DNA of 64,000 bases from Candidatus Aminicenantia bacterium (GTDB lineage Bacteria > Acidobacteriota > Aminicenantia > UBA2199), in assembly GCA_965225955.1 (NCBI GenBank), contig CBDDBX010000027.1:9057-73056 (forward strand). The letters are read 5' to 3'. Numbering within the stretch: position 1 is the first letter of the stretch; every line of letters begins with the position of its first letter. Under the pieces are notes generated by a model. It was not told where the DNA came from, did not search any database, and saw only the letters and a program-made list of their open reading frames with translations. Positions 16,436 to 25,655 of the stretch are shown one piece after another. The position numbers were made by a program, and so were the translations under genes.

Positions 16436-17242
16436 ATGAGCTATTCTGAAACAGATACTTTTTTTGAGAACCTGAAGAGAAGATACCGTAAAGTATATCC
16501 TGCTTCTGAGAGAGTTGAAGAGATTCTCGGGAATGGTAATGGAGAGATTATTAATGATCACATTGCCTTTCGTACTATTGATCACCCGAAGGTGAATATT
16601 GAGAGAATTGCAGGCTTCATACTTAATCTCGGATATGAAGAGAAGAAGAGATATGTAATCGATTCAAAACATCTTCTTGCAAGGCATTATGAGCATAAGA
16701 GTGGTAACTATCCCAGAATATTCATAAGTGAGCTGAGGCTTGCTGATTTTTCTGATAAGTTCAGAAAGATCTTTAACGATATTGTGGAGCAGATAGATGA
16801 TAGTTATCTTCAGAGTGAAGCTGTTTTCTATAGTGGTAAAATGTGGGACATCAGCTATGAGAACTATAATGAATTGCTGAAAGAGAGTCAGTATGGAGCA
16901 TGGTTCTCAACTATGGGATATATTGCAAACCACTTTACTGTTAGTGTTAATAAGCTGGAGAAGTTTGAAAATCTTGTTCAGGTTAATGAGGCTCTTAAAG
17001 CCGGAGGCTTTAAGATGAATCAGTCTGAAGGGGAGATCAAGGGTTCACCTGAACTTCTGCTTGAACAGTCATCGGTAATTGCTGATGATACTGAGGTGAC
17101 ATTTACAGAAGGGGTAAAAGCTGTACCAGGATGTTACTATGAGTTTGCTCTGAGATACAGAGATAAGAGTGGTAATTTATTTAACGGATTCATTGCGCAG
17201 TCTGCTGAAAAAATTTTTGAAAGCACAGATACTGCAGAATAG
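16436..17242 (+). CDS. DUF1338 family protein (HglS/YdcJ-like 2-oxoadipate dioxygenase/decarboxylase family).
   Basis: 268 aa. 'INDHIAFRTIDHP' N-terminal motif characteristic of DUF1338. AGGAGG RBS upstream. Confidence 0.6.
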   Translation: MSYSETDTFFENLKRRYRKVYPASERVEEILGNGNGEIINDHIAFRTIDHPKVNIERIAGFILNLGYEEKKRYVIDSKHLLARHYEHKSGNYPRIFISELRLADFSDKFRKIFNDIVEQIDDSYLQSEAVFYSGKMWDISYENYNELLKESQYGAWFSTMGYIANHFTVSVNKLEKFENLVQVNEALKAGGFKMNQSEGEIKGSPELLLEQSSVIADDTEVTFTEGVKAVPGCYYEFALRYRDKSGNLFNGFIAQSAEKIFESTDTAE

Positions 17243-17256
17243 ATTAAGAGAAATTA

Positions 17257-17283
17257 ATCCTCAGCATATCGGATGCTGAGGAT
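17257..17283. terminator. Bidirectional rho-independent terminator-like hairpin between convergent genes.
   Basis: 'atcctcagcat atcgg atgctgaggat' forms an 11-bp stem, followed by 'tatattatgatttta' on the plus strand and a T-rich run on the minus strand. Confidence 0.55.
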
Positions 17284-17295
17284 TATATTATGATT

Positions 17296-17610
17296 TTATA
17301 AACCTAAAGCTTCTGAAAGAGTTTCCAGGTTCTGGACACCCAAAAAGTTTTTTTCTGCTTTTCCATCTTTAAAAACAATAAGGGTGGGGATGCTTCTGAT
17401 ACCAAATTTTGCAGCTACCTGAGGACTTTCGTCTACATTCAGTTTGCAAATTTTAGCTTTACCTTCAGCTTTTTCAGCTACTTTATCAAGAATTGGAAGC
17501 TGCATTTTGCAGGGACCACACCATTCTGCCCAGAAATCTACCAGACATACTCCATCTTTAATTGTTTCTTCAAAATTATCTGCGTTGAGTTTCAAAACTT
17601 TATCTGACAT
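17296..17610 (-). CDS. trxA: Thioredoxin.
   Basis: 104 aa with the 'WAEWCGPCKM' active site. Confidence 0.95.
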   Translation of the reverse strand: MSDKVLKLNADNFEETIKDGVCLVDFWAEWCGPCKMQLPILDKVAEKAEGKAKICKLNVDESPQVAAKFGIRSIPTLIVFKDGKAEKNFLGVQNLETLSEALGL

Positions 17611-17767
17611 TTTATCCTCCCTTTAGTTGCTACTAGCAACAATACAATATTATAGTATTTTTTATTTTTTTGTCAACTGCATGTGTAAGTCCTTACCAGT
17701 TGTAATATCTGCCATCTTTAATATAATAGTGTACATGAAGTGCGAGATTCAGGTTATCGATCTAATT

Positions 17768-18151
17768 ATGGAACTTAAAAAGAAATGTCTGCAGGTGGAA
17801 GAGGAGATTCTTGGGAAATTTAAACTCTCTTCCGCTGAGTACCATGCAGTAATGCTTACCGGAAAGGAAGAGAAGCTTTCATGTGTATTACTGGCAGACA
17901 GAATAGGGCTTTCACGTTCCAGAGGTAGCAGAATTATTGAACGTCTTGTTACTAAAGGCTATATGAAAAAAGAGCTGGATCAGAGTGACGGAAGGGTGGT
18001 TACTGTATCTCTTACAGATGACGGTATTACTGTTAAAGGTGAACTTGAACGTTTTAAGCTGGAGTGTGGCGAGAAGATAACAGGGCATCTCAATTCTGAA
18101 GAGATGATTGTACTGACAGATAATCTTTCAAAAATGATAAACCTGCTGTAG
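17768..18151 (+). CDS. MarR family transcriptional regulator.
   Basis: 127 aa from Met at 17768. 'LSSAEYHAVMLTGKEE...LADRIGLSRSRGSRIIERLVTKGYMKKELDQSDGRVVTVSLTDDG' is a winged-helix MarR pattern. Confidence 0.65.
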   Translation: MELKKKCLQVEEEILGKFKLSSAEYHAVMLTGKEEKLSCVLLADRIGLSRSRGSRIIERLVTKGYMKKELDQSDGRVVTVSLTDDGITVKGELERFKLECGEKITGHLNSEEMIVLTDNLSKMINLL

Positions 18152-18321
18152 TAGAAAAAATATCCATTAATTAAACCTCTATTAAAATAGCAAAATTTAT
18201 TTATTTTTAAGTGAAAATATTGTAAGATTGTAATGCCCGGTAGCAGGGTAGCTTAGATGCAGAACTTCTAAATCATAATTCATGATCCTGAGTTCGGGAA
18301 TTTAGTATCTGCTTCAGGCAG

Positions 18322-20586
18322 TTGGACTTTAAGATAATGCTCAGTTTTATAAAAAGATTAAAACTCAAAAACAAGTTGATAGTCGTAATCCTCAGCATTA
18401 CATCGTGCATTATTATTCTGGGTTCAACTCTGCTGACCTATTTCAACTACTCAAGACTTAAAGACAATATGATTAAAACCACAAGAGTTCTGGCTCTTGT
18501 AACAGGTAACAGTCTTATACCTGAACTCAGTTTTGATCGTCCCGATGATGCCCACGATGTTCTGGATAAGATAAGAAATATTTCACGTATTAAAAACGTA
18601 TTTGTTTTTGATGAAACCGATAAACTCTTTGTTTCATATACATATTCAAATGATTATGAGATGAAGACACCGGAACTTAAGAAGAAGTTTAATGCCTGGT
18701 TCAGTGAGCAGTATCTGCACCTTTTCCAGCCAATAATACACAGAAATGTTATATATGGAGTAATCTATCTGCGGGTTTCCACAAAACAACTAGATGAAGA
18801 TATTGAGAAGAACATTCTTCTGGTTGCCGGGGTAATTGTGCTCCTGATTATTATATCTTTTGTACTTGCGATTCTTCTGCAGAATGTTATTTCAGAGCCA
18901 ATACTCAAACTTGCTGAAGTTGCCAACAGAATCTCTTCTCTTGGTAATTACGGAATAAGAGTAGAGTATAGTTCTTCCGATGAGATAGGGCAGCTTTATC
19001 AGGGGTTTAACTCAATGATAAGGCAGATTCAGAAGAGAGAACGTCAGCTTGATGCTGCCCGTACTTTTCTGACAGATATTATTGAATCAATGCCTTCAGT
19101 ACTTATTGCAATAAACGGTGATGAAGAGATTACCCACTGGAACAGAGCTGCAACAAATATGCTCGGAATTGTGTCTCTTAATGCTATAGGGCAGAAACTG
19201 TGGGATGTGTCACCGGAATTTGAAACTTACAGAAGCAGTATTATTTCTGCTCTTCAGAAAAAAGAGACTCTTACTTACCATAAGAAAATCTTCAGAAGAG
19301 GTCATGAGAAAAACTTTGTAAATCTCTCTTTCTACCCTATAACCACCAATGGTCTTAACAGCATGGTAATCATGGCCGTTGATGTTACAGAAATTGAGAC
19401 CAAGGAGCAACAGCTCAGACAGGCCCAGAAAATGGAAACGGTTGGTACTCTGGCAGGGGGACTTGCTCACGATTTTAATAATGTACTCGGGGGTATAATA
19501 GGAACTCTCTCTCTGGTTAATGTTAAGATGAAGAGAGAGCAGCTATCTATGGATGGTGTCAAGAGCTATCTTAATGATATTTCAAACCTTGCAAGCAGAG
19601 CTACAGATATGGTACAGCAACTACTTGCTCTTTCAAGAAAAGAGGAACTGACATTCTCTACAATAGATCTCTCAAGAACCATTGAGAGTGTAATGAAAAT
19701 ATGTAAAACCACCTTTGATAAAAGTATTGAGGTTATTTCAGAATTTGATGCTGAGCCTGTAATAATTCATGCTGACCAGACTCAGATTGAGCAGGTTTTC
19801 CTCAACTTATGTGTTAATGCGGCTCATTCAATGACGATTATGAGACCTGGAGGAGACCGGTGGGGTGGTCAGATTAATCTGAGTTACAGAAAGATATATG
19901 CTGATGATGAACTTATAAATGCACAGCCTGAAGCAAGACCAGGGTGGTACTGGGCTGTACGGATAAAGGACCAGGGAGTTGGTATAGATTTAAACTCTCT
20001 TAACAAGATCTTTGACCCCTTCTATACAACAAAAGAGAAAGGTGTTGGTACAGGTCTCGGGCTTGCAATGGTTTACAATATTATTCTTCAGCATAAAGGT
20101 TTTATTAAAGTGGAGTCTGAACCTGGAAGAGGTACTTCATTTACAATCTATCTGCCTGAAATGGTGGCAGGTAACGACTCTATGATGATAAAGCAATCAC
20201 GACATGTATCAGTTAAGTGTGATGGTATAGTACTTGTGATTGATGATGAACTGGTTTTGAGAAAACTGGCTACCCATATTCTTGAAGATATGGGGCTTTC
20301 AGTAATGGTTGCAGAAGATGGGGAAAAAGGAATTGAGATCTTCAGGCAACATAAAGATAAAATAGATCTTGTTATACTTGATATGCTTATGCCAAGAAAA
20401 TCAGGTATAGAGGTTTATGAGAGTTTGAAAGCGTCAAAAGATGATGTAAAAGTAATTCTTGCATCAGGGTTCAGAAAAGATGAGAGGGTTGAGAAGGTTA
20501 TTGAGATGGGGGTGGATAAGTTTATTGAGAAACCCTATACTTATGAAACTCTTTCAGAAACTGTTGTGGAAGTTCTTAAGAGCTGA
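18322..20586 (+). CDS. Hybrid sensor histidine kinase / response regulator (TM sensor, HAMP, PAS, HisKA, HATPase_c, C-terminal REC).
   Basis: H-box 'LAGGLAHDFNNVLGGI'; G-boxes 'GVGIDL...GTGLGLAMV'; receiver 'VLVIDDE...DLVILDMLMPRKSG'. Confidence 0.85.
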   Translation: MDFKIMLSFIKRLKLKNKLIVVILSITSCIIILGSTLLTYFNYSRLKDNMIKTTRVLALVTGNSLIPELSFDRPDDAHDVLDKIRNISRIKNVFVFDETDKLFVSYTYSNDYEMKTPELKKKFNAWFSEQYLHLFQPIIHRNVIYGVIYLRVSTKQLDEDIEKNILLVAGVIVLLIIISFVLAILLQNVISEPILKLAEVANRISSLGNYGIRVEYSSSDEIGQLYQGFNSMIRQIQKRERQLDAARTFLTDIIESMPSVLIAINGDEEITHWNRAATNMLGIVSLNAIGQKLWDVSPEFETYRSSIISALQKKETLTYHKKIFRRGHEKNFVNLSFYPITTNGLNSMVIMAVDVTEIETKEQQLRQAQKMETVGTLAGGLAHDFNNVLGGIIGTLSLVNVKMKREQLSMDGVKSYLNDISNLASRATDMVQQLLALSRKEELTFSTIDLSRTIESVMKICKTTFDKSIEVISEFDAEPVIIHADQTQIEQVFLNLCVNAAHSMTIMRPGGDRWGGQINLSYRKIYADDELINAQPEARPGWYWAVRIKDQGVGIDLNSLNKIFDPFYTTKEKGVGTGLGLAMVYNIILQHKGFIKVESEPGRGTSFTIYLPEMVAGNDSMMIKQSRHVSVKCDGIVLVIDDELVLRKLATHILEDMGLSVMVAEDGEKGIEIFRQHKDKIDLVILDMLMPRKSGIEVYESLKASKDDVKVILASGFRKDERVEKVIEMGVDKFIEKPYTYETLSETVVEVLKS

Positions 20587-20671
20587 AGCATATTTCCGTC
20601 TCTTCTGATTCTTTTGTTTCAGCTGGTCATATTTTTGTAATATGTTAAAATATTGACAGGAGTAATTATAA

Positions 20672-22858
20672 TTGAAGAAATTTCCGGTTTATATACAGCA
20701 TGACGCTATGGATTGTGGGCCTACATGCCTGCGTATGGTTGCAGAGCATTACGGGAAAAGATACTCTCTTCAGACACTGAGAGATAAGAGTTTCATAACC
20801 AGAGAAGGTGTTTCCATGCTTGGGATCAGTGATGCTGCTGAATCCATTGGTATGAGAACAATGGGTGTAAGAATCTCTTTTAATAAACTAAAAACAGAAG
20901 GTGTTCTGCCCTGTATAGTTCACTGGAAACAGAACCATTTTGTAGTTGTGTTCCGTTTCCATAAAGGACTTGTATATGTATCTGACCCTGCACACGGAAT
21001 AGTTAAATATACAGAAGAGGAGTTCTGTGCAGCCTGGGCTACTACCAGAGATGGTGGTGAGGATCAGGGACTTTGTCTTCTTCTTGAACCTTCTCCCGAG
21101 TTCTATAAAATGGAAGATGAGAAGATAGACAAGAAGGGGCTTAAGTTTATGCTAAGGTATCTTAAACCTTATAAGAAACTTATAAGCCAGCTCTTTCTTG
21201 GGATGGCTACAGGAAGTTTGCTCCAGCTGATTTTTCCTTTTCTTACCCAGTCCATTGTGGATGTCGGTATTAACAATCAGGATATAAATTTTGTATATCT
21301 TATTCTCATTGCACAGCTTGTGCTTTTTGTAAGTCAGACAGCAGTGGGAATGATAAGGAGCTGGATACTACTCCATATAAGTAGCCGTATAAACATCTCT
21401 CTTATTTCAGATTTCCTTATGAAACTTCTGAGGCTTCCTATAGGTTTCTTCGATACGAAAATGATAGGTGATATTCTGCAGAGAATAGGGGATCATACAA
21501 GAATCGAATCTTTTCTTACCTCTTCAACTCTCAGTATAATCTTTTCGATGTTCAATCTGGTTATTTTTTCAGTGGTTCTTGGAATCTACAATATGAAGAT
21601 TTTCGGAATCTTCATTCTTGGTTCTGTACTCTATTTCATCTGGGTATATCTCTTTATGAAGAAGAGAAGAGAGCTGGACTTTAAAAGATTTGCCCAGATG
21701 TCAAGCAACCAGTCTTCTCTGATTCAGCTTATAAACGGGATTCAGGAGATTAAGCTGAATAATTGTGAGAAGCAGAAGAGATGGGAGTGGGAAAAGATCC
21801 AGGCCCAGCTGTTTAAAATCAATGTAAAGAGTATGGCTCTTAACCAGTATCAGCAGTCAGGTTCAGGCTTTATTAATGAAATCAAGAATATCTTTATCTC
21901 ATTTTTTGCTGCAAGCAGCGTGATAAACGGAGATATGACCCTTGGTATGATGCTATCAGTTCAGTATATCATCGGTCAGCTCAATGCACCTATTGAGCAG
22001 CTTATCGGTTTTGTTCATTCAGCTCAGGATGCAAAAATGAGTGTGGAGCGTCTTGGGGAGATACACAATAAAGAGGATGAAATTAATGAAGATGTTCACG
22101 TCTCAGATCTGCCTGAAGAGAAAGGGTTCAATATAAAAGATCTCTCTTTTCAGTACGAAGGCCCCCATTCAGAGAGAGTTCTTAAGAACCTCAATCTTGC
22201 TATTCCTGAGAATAAAACCACAGCTATAGTTGGAGCAAGTGGTAGTGGTAAGACCACTATGGTAAAGCTTTTACTTGGGTTCTATCCTCCTGCAGATGGG
22301 GAGATTCAGGTGGGGCGGATGAATCTTGCAGATATAAATCCTTCTATATGGCGACAGAACTGTGGTGTAGTAATGCAGGATGGTTTTATATTCTCAGATA
22401 CTATTGCACGAAACGTAGCAGTAAGTGATGAGGTTGTAGATAAAAAACGACTTGTTAATGCAGTAAAAACTGCCTGTATATACGATTTCATCAAATCTCT
22501 GCCTCTGGGGTTCAATACAAAAATCGGTGCTGATGGTCACGGGTTGAGTCAGGGGCAGAAACAGAGACTTCTTATTGCAAGAGCTGTATATAAGAACCCC
22601 TCTTTTCTCTTTCTGGATGAAGCTACTAATGCTCTGGATGCAAACAATGAAAGAGCAATTATGGATAATATGAATGAGTTCTTTAAAAACAGAACTGTTG
22701 TAGTTGTAGCTCATAGATTAAGTACAGTTAAAGATGCAGATCAGATTGTTGTACTGGATAATGGGCAGATAATTGAAATTGGCACCCATAACGAACTTAC
22801 TTCTGCCCGGGGGGCTTACTATATGCTTGTAAAAAATCAATTGGAGCTTGGTAACTGA
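20672..22858 (+). CDS. Peptidase C39 domain-containing ABC transporter (bacteriocin/double-glycine-leader peptide exporter, permease plus ATPase).
   Basis: N-terminal 'QHDAMDCGPTCLRMVAEHYG' gives the C39 Cys. Walker A 'GASGSGKTT', ABC signature 'LSQGQKQRLLIARA', Walker B 'FLFLDEATNALD'. TTG start with an AGGAG RBS. Confidence 0.85.
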   Translation: MKKFPVYIQHDAMDCGPTCLRMVAEHYGKRYSLQTLRDKSFITREGVSMLGISDAAESIGMRTMGVRISFNKLKTEGVLPCIVHWKQNHFVVVFRFHKGLVYVSDPAHGIVKYTEEEFCAAWATTRDGGEDQGLCLLLEPSPEFYKMEDEKIDKKGLKFMLRYLKPYKKLISQLFLGMATGSLLQLIFPFLTQSIVDVGINNQDINFVYLILIAQLVLFVSQTAVGMIRSWILLHISSRINISLISDFLMKLLRLPIGFFDTKMIGDILQRIGDHTRIESFLTSSTLSIIFSMFNLVIFSVVLGIYNMKIFGIFILGSVLYFIWVYLFMKKRRELDFKRFAQMSSNQSSLIQLINGIQEIKLNNCEKQKRWEWEKIQAQLFKINVKSMALNQYQQSGSGFINEIKNIFISFFAASSVINGDMTLGMMLSVQYIIGQLNAPIEQLIGFVHSAQDAKMSVERLGEIHNKEDEINEDVHVSDLPEEKGFNIKDLSFQYEGPHSERVLKNLNLAIPENKTTAIVGASGSGKTTMVKLLLGFYPPADGEIQVGRMNLADINPSIWRQNCGVVMQDGFIFSDTIARNVAVSDEVVDKKRLVNAVKTACIYDFIKSLPLGFNTKIGADGHGLSQGQKQRLLIARAVYKNPSFLFLDEATNALDANNERAIMDNMNEFFKNRTVVVVAHRLSTVKDADQIVVLDNGQIIEIGTHNELTSARGAYYMLVKNQLELGN

Positions 22859-24159
22859 TGTGTGAAGAGAATTATGACAATATCGAACTGAGAAGTGAAG
22901 AAGTTCAGGAGATAATGGGATATGTGCCACACTGGGTGGTTAGAAGTGGTATTGCTACGGTTTTTGCGGTTCTTCTGCTTCTTCTTACCGGAAGCTGCTT
23001 TTTTAAATATCCCGATGTAATAGAATCAACTGTACTTATAACAACAGCAAACCCTCCGGCTAAGGTTGTGGCTGCTATCTCTGAAAAGATTGAAGAGATA
23101 AAAGTGAAAAATGAAGAGATCGTTAAAGAGGGTGATGTTCTTGCTGTGCTCAGGAGTTCTGCAGCTGCTTCAGATATGCTTACTCTCAAGAGTGAACTTG
23201 GAGATTTCCGTAAAGGTTTTGTAAAAGACAGGAATACAGAGCTCTCTTTTAAAAATTATACTCTTGGGGATCTGCAGAGCAGATATGAGAACCTCATAAT
23301 AGCTATAAACGATTACAAAGACTTTATGGATCTGGACTATTACGGAAATAAGATCGCCGGAGCTAAAGAGAGATTGAAACAGTATCGTTCCAAAACAGAT
23401 GTTGTTGTGGAGCAGGTGAAGCTTAAAAAGAGAGAGCTTACTCTTGGAGAGAGGCATTTTAAAAGAGCTGAAGATCTTTACAGGAAAGGAATTCTTTCAA
23501 AAGAGGCTTATGACGATGCTGAAGGCAGGTGGCTGGCAGTTCAGAACAGTTATGAATCTGCCAAAGGACTGGAAGCAGATACACATATTCAGGTACAGAA
23601 TCTTAAGGAATCCATTGGAGAGCTTGAGCTCAAACAGCTGGGAGATCGCAGAAAGTATGAGTATAAGGTAAAAGAGTCTGTAGATATTCTGAGAAGCAGT
23701 ATCTCAAACTGGGAACTGAAGTATCTGCTGGTAGCACCGGTTAGCGGGAGAGTGGCATTCAGTGAATTCTGGAGTGTAAACCACAATGTAAAGGCCGGAG
23801 CAACTGTAATGACAGTGATACCTGAGGGAACAAACAAGAAAATAATCGGTAAAGTGGTTCTGCCTCTCCAGAGATCCGGTAAAGTGAAAGAGGGGCAGAG
23901 AGTTAATATAAAAGTACACAACTACCCCCATATGGAGTATGGAATGTTAAAAGGAGTGGTGCAGAAAGTAGCACTGATACCTTCTGATGACAGCTATGTT
24001 GTAGACGTATCTTTGCCGGAGCGTCTTAAAACAAATTATGGTAAGAAGCTCAAATTTATTGAAGAGATGAGAGGACAGGCAGAGATTATCACAGAGGATA
24101 TGAGGTTAATTGAGAGATTCATTAACCCTATTATTTCTCTCTTTAAAAAGAGTAGTTAA
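22858..24159 (+). CDS. HlyD family secretion protein (membrane fusion protein partner of the ABC exporter).
   Basis: 433 aa: one N-terminal TM, long coiled-coil region, C-terminal beta domain. Start overlaps the ABC stop. Confidence 0.75.
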   Translation: MCEENYDNIELRSEEVQEIMGYVPHWVVRSGIATVFAVLLLLLTGSCFFKYPDVIESTVLITTANPPAKVVAAISEKIEEIKVKNEEIVKEGDVLAVLRSSAAASDMLTLKSELGDFRKGFVKDRNTELSFKNYTLGDLQSRYENLIIAINDYKDFMDLDYYGNKIAGAKERLKQYRSKTDVVVEQVKLKKRELTLGERHFKRAEDLYRKGILSKEAYDDAEGRWLAVQNSYESAKGLEADTHIQVQNLKESIGELELKQLGDRRKYEYKVKESVDILRSSISNWELKYLLVAPVSGRVAFSEFWSVNHNVKAGATVMTVIPEGTNKKIIGKVVLPLQRSGKVKEGQRVNIKVHNYPHMEYGMLKGVVQKVALIPSDDSYVVDVSLPERLKTNYGKKLKFIEEMRGQAEIITEDMRLIERFINPIISLFKKSS

Positions 24160-24192
24160 GAAAAAAGGTTGTAAAGAGTTATATAGATATTC

Positions 24193-25446
24193 ATGGAATG
24201 GGAAAGAAGTGATAAGAGTGGTAAGGCTCTGCCCATAAAATCCTGGTGCAGAGATATTGAAAATGAAGCTTTAAAACAGGCAAAAGATCTTGCTAATCAC
24301 CCGGCAGTAGAGGGGCATGTTGCTCTTATGGCGGATTGTCATATTGGGTACGGGATGCCTATTGGCGGGGTTATTGGTTGTAAAAATGCAGTAATTCCAA
24401 ATGCAGTGGGAGTAGATATCGGTTGTGGTATGGGAGCAGTTCAGACCTCGCTGCACTCAGATAGTGTTGGAAAAGAAACTGTAAGAAGCATTCTTGCTGA
24501 AGTTAAAAAAGCAGTGCCTGTTGGAGAAGGCAGATCACATAAAAGTCCTCAGAGTTGGGATGGATTTGGAGCTTATCTGAATTCAGCAGGTGTTGAAGAA
24601 GATGACTATAAATCCAGGAAAGCTCCAGGGTGGAGAGATAAAAGGGGCTGGGAACTTGCGCTCCTTAATCTTGGGTCTCTGGGGGGAGGTAATCACTTTA
24701 TAGAACTCCAGGTAAGCAGAGATGGGTTCATATGGCTGATGCTACATTCAGGTTCAAGAAATCTTGGATACAGAATTGCAAACTACTACCATAAACTGGC
24801 ACTTCAGAAAAATGAGAGAGACAGGATTGTTCTTCCATCAAAAGAGCTGGCCTTTTTTGATGCAGAAAGTGGTAAAGGGAAGGCTTATATAAGGGATATG
24901 CAGTTTGCTCTGGAGTATGCAGCTGAGAATCGCAGAAGAATGATGCAGATTTTTAAAGAGTCTGTAGCAGAAATTATCGGGAATATTGAGTTTGTAAGAG
25001 AGATAAATATCCATCACAACTATGCATCTCTGGAAACATTTGGTGAGCAGGAGTTGTGGATTCACAGAAAAGGAGCTACTTCTGCCAGAAAAGGGGAAGC
25101 TGGTATAATTCCCGGAAGTATGGGAACAAACTCATATATTGTAAAAGGTCTTGGTAATAATGAATCCTTTCAATCCTGTTCTCATGGGGCAGGAAGAGTA
25201 ATGGGGCGTAAAGAAGCAGGGAGAGTTCTGACTCTTGAGGAGTGTAACCGTTCAATGGAAGGTGTGGTTTTTGATGGGTGGAATCACTATGTGTCTTATG
25301 GGGGAAGAAAGAGAAACAGTGATCCGGTTTTCGATTTTGGAGAAGCCCCGGGAGCATATAAAAATATAGATGAAGTGATTGCTGCTCAGAAAGATCTTAT
25401 AGAACCTGAAGTTATACTTAAACCTCTTGGGGTAATAAAGGGATAA
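24193..25446 (+). CDS. rtcB: RtcB family RNA-splicing ligase.
   Basis: 417 aa. 'ADCHIGYGMPIGGV', 'NAVGVDIGCGMGA' and 'GGGNHFIELQ' metal-binding motifs typical of RtcB. Confidence 0.7.
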   Translation: MEWERSDKSGKALPIKSWCRDIENEALKQAKDLANHPAVEGHVALMADCHIGYGMPIGGVIGCKNAVIPNAVGVDIGCGMGAVQTSLHSDSVGKETVRSILAEVKKAVPVGEGRSHKSPQSWDGFGAYLNSAGVEEDDYKSRKAPGWRDKRGWELALLNLGSLGGGNHFIELQVSRDGFIWLMLHSGSRNLGYRIANYYHKLALQKNERDRIVLPSKELAFFDAESGKGKAYIRDMQFALEYAAENRRRMMQIFKESVAEIIGNIEFVREINIHHNYASLETFGEQELWIHRKGATSARKGEAGIIPGSMGTNSYIVKGLGNNESFQSCSHGAGRVMGRKEAGRVLTLEECNRSMEGVVFDGWNHYVSYGGRKRNSDPVFDFGEAPGAYKNIDEVIAAQKDLIEPEVILKPLGVIKG

Positions 25447-25655
25447 AAAAAAATTTTGGAAAACCGGTTTTTTACAATCGGTTTATATGTTCCTGATAAC
25501 TGTTTTATATATTTCTGCTAACCGGAACCGGTAAAACTGATGTCAAAAACAGGAAAACTGAAGTTTTATGTTTTTTGAGGTCTGTTGCAACTGTTTGACA
25601 GAAACTGAATTCAACTGATAAAGTTCTCTATACAAAATATCAGGGAGAGATGTAT

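Noticed and set aside
18232-18312. tRNA-like / small RNA upstream of the hybrid kinase ('gcccggtagcagggtagcttagatgcag...gagttcgggaattt')
   Set aside because: Could not fold a cloverleaf: the T-arm and anticodon stems do not pair.
22905-23931. Several 75-110-aa minus-strand ORFs
   Set aside because: Antisense to the HlyD-family gene, which has a coherent domain structure. No independent support.
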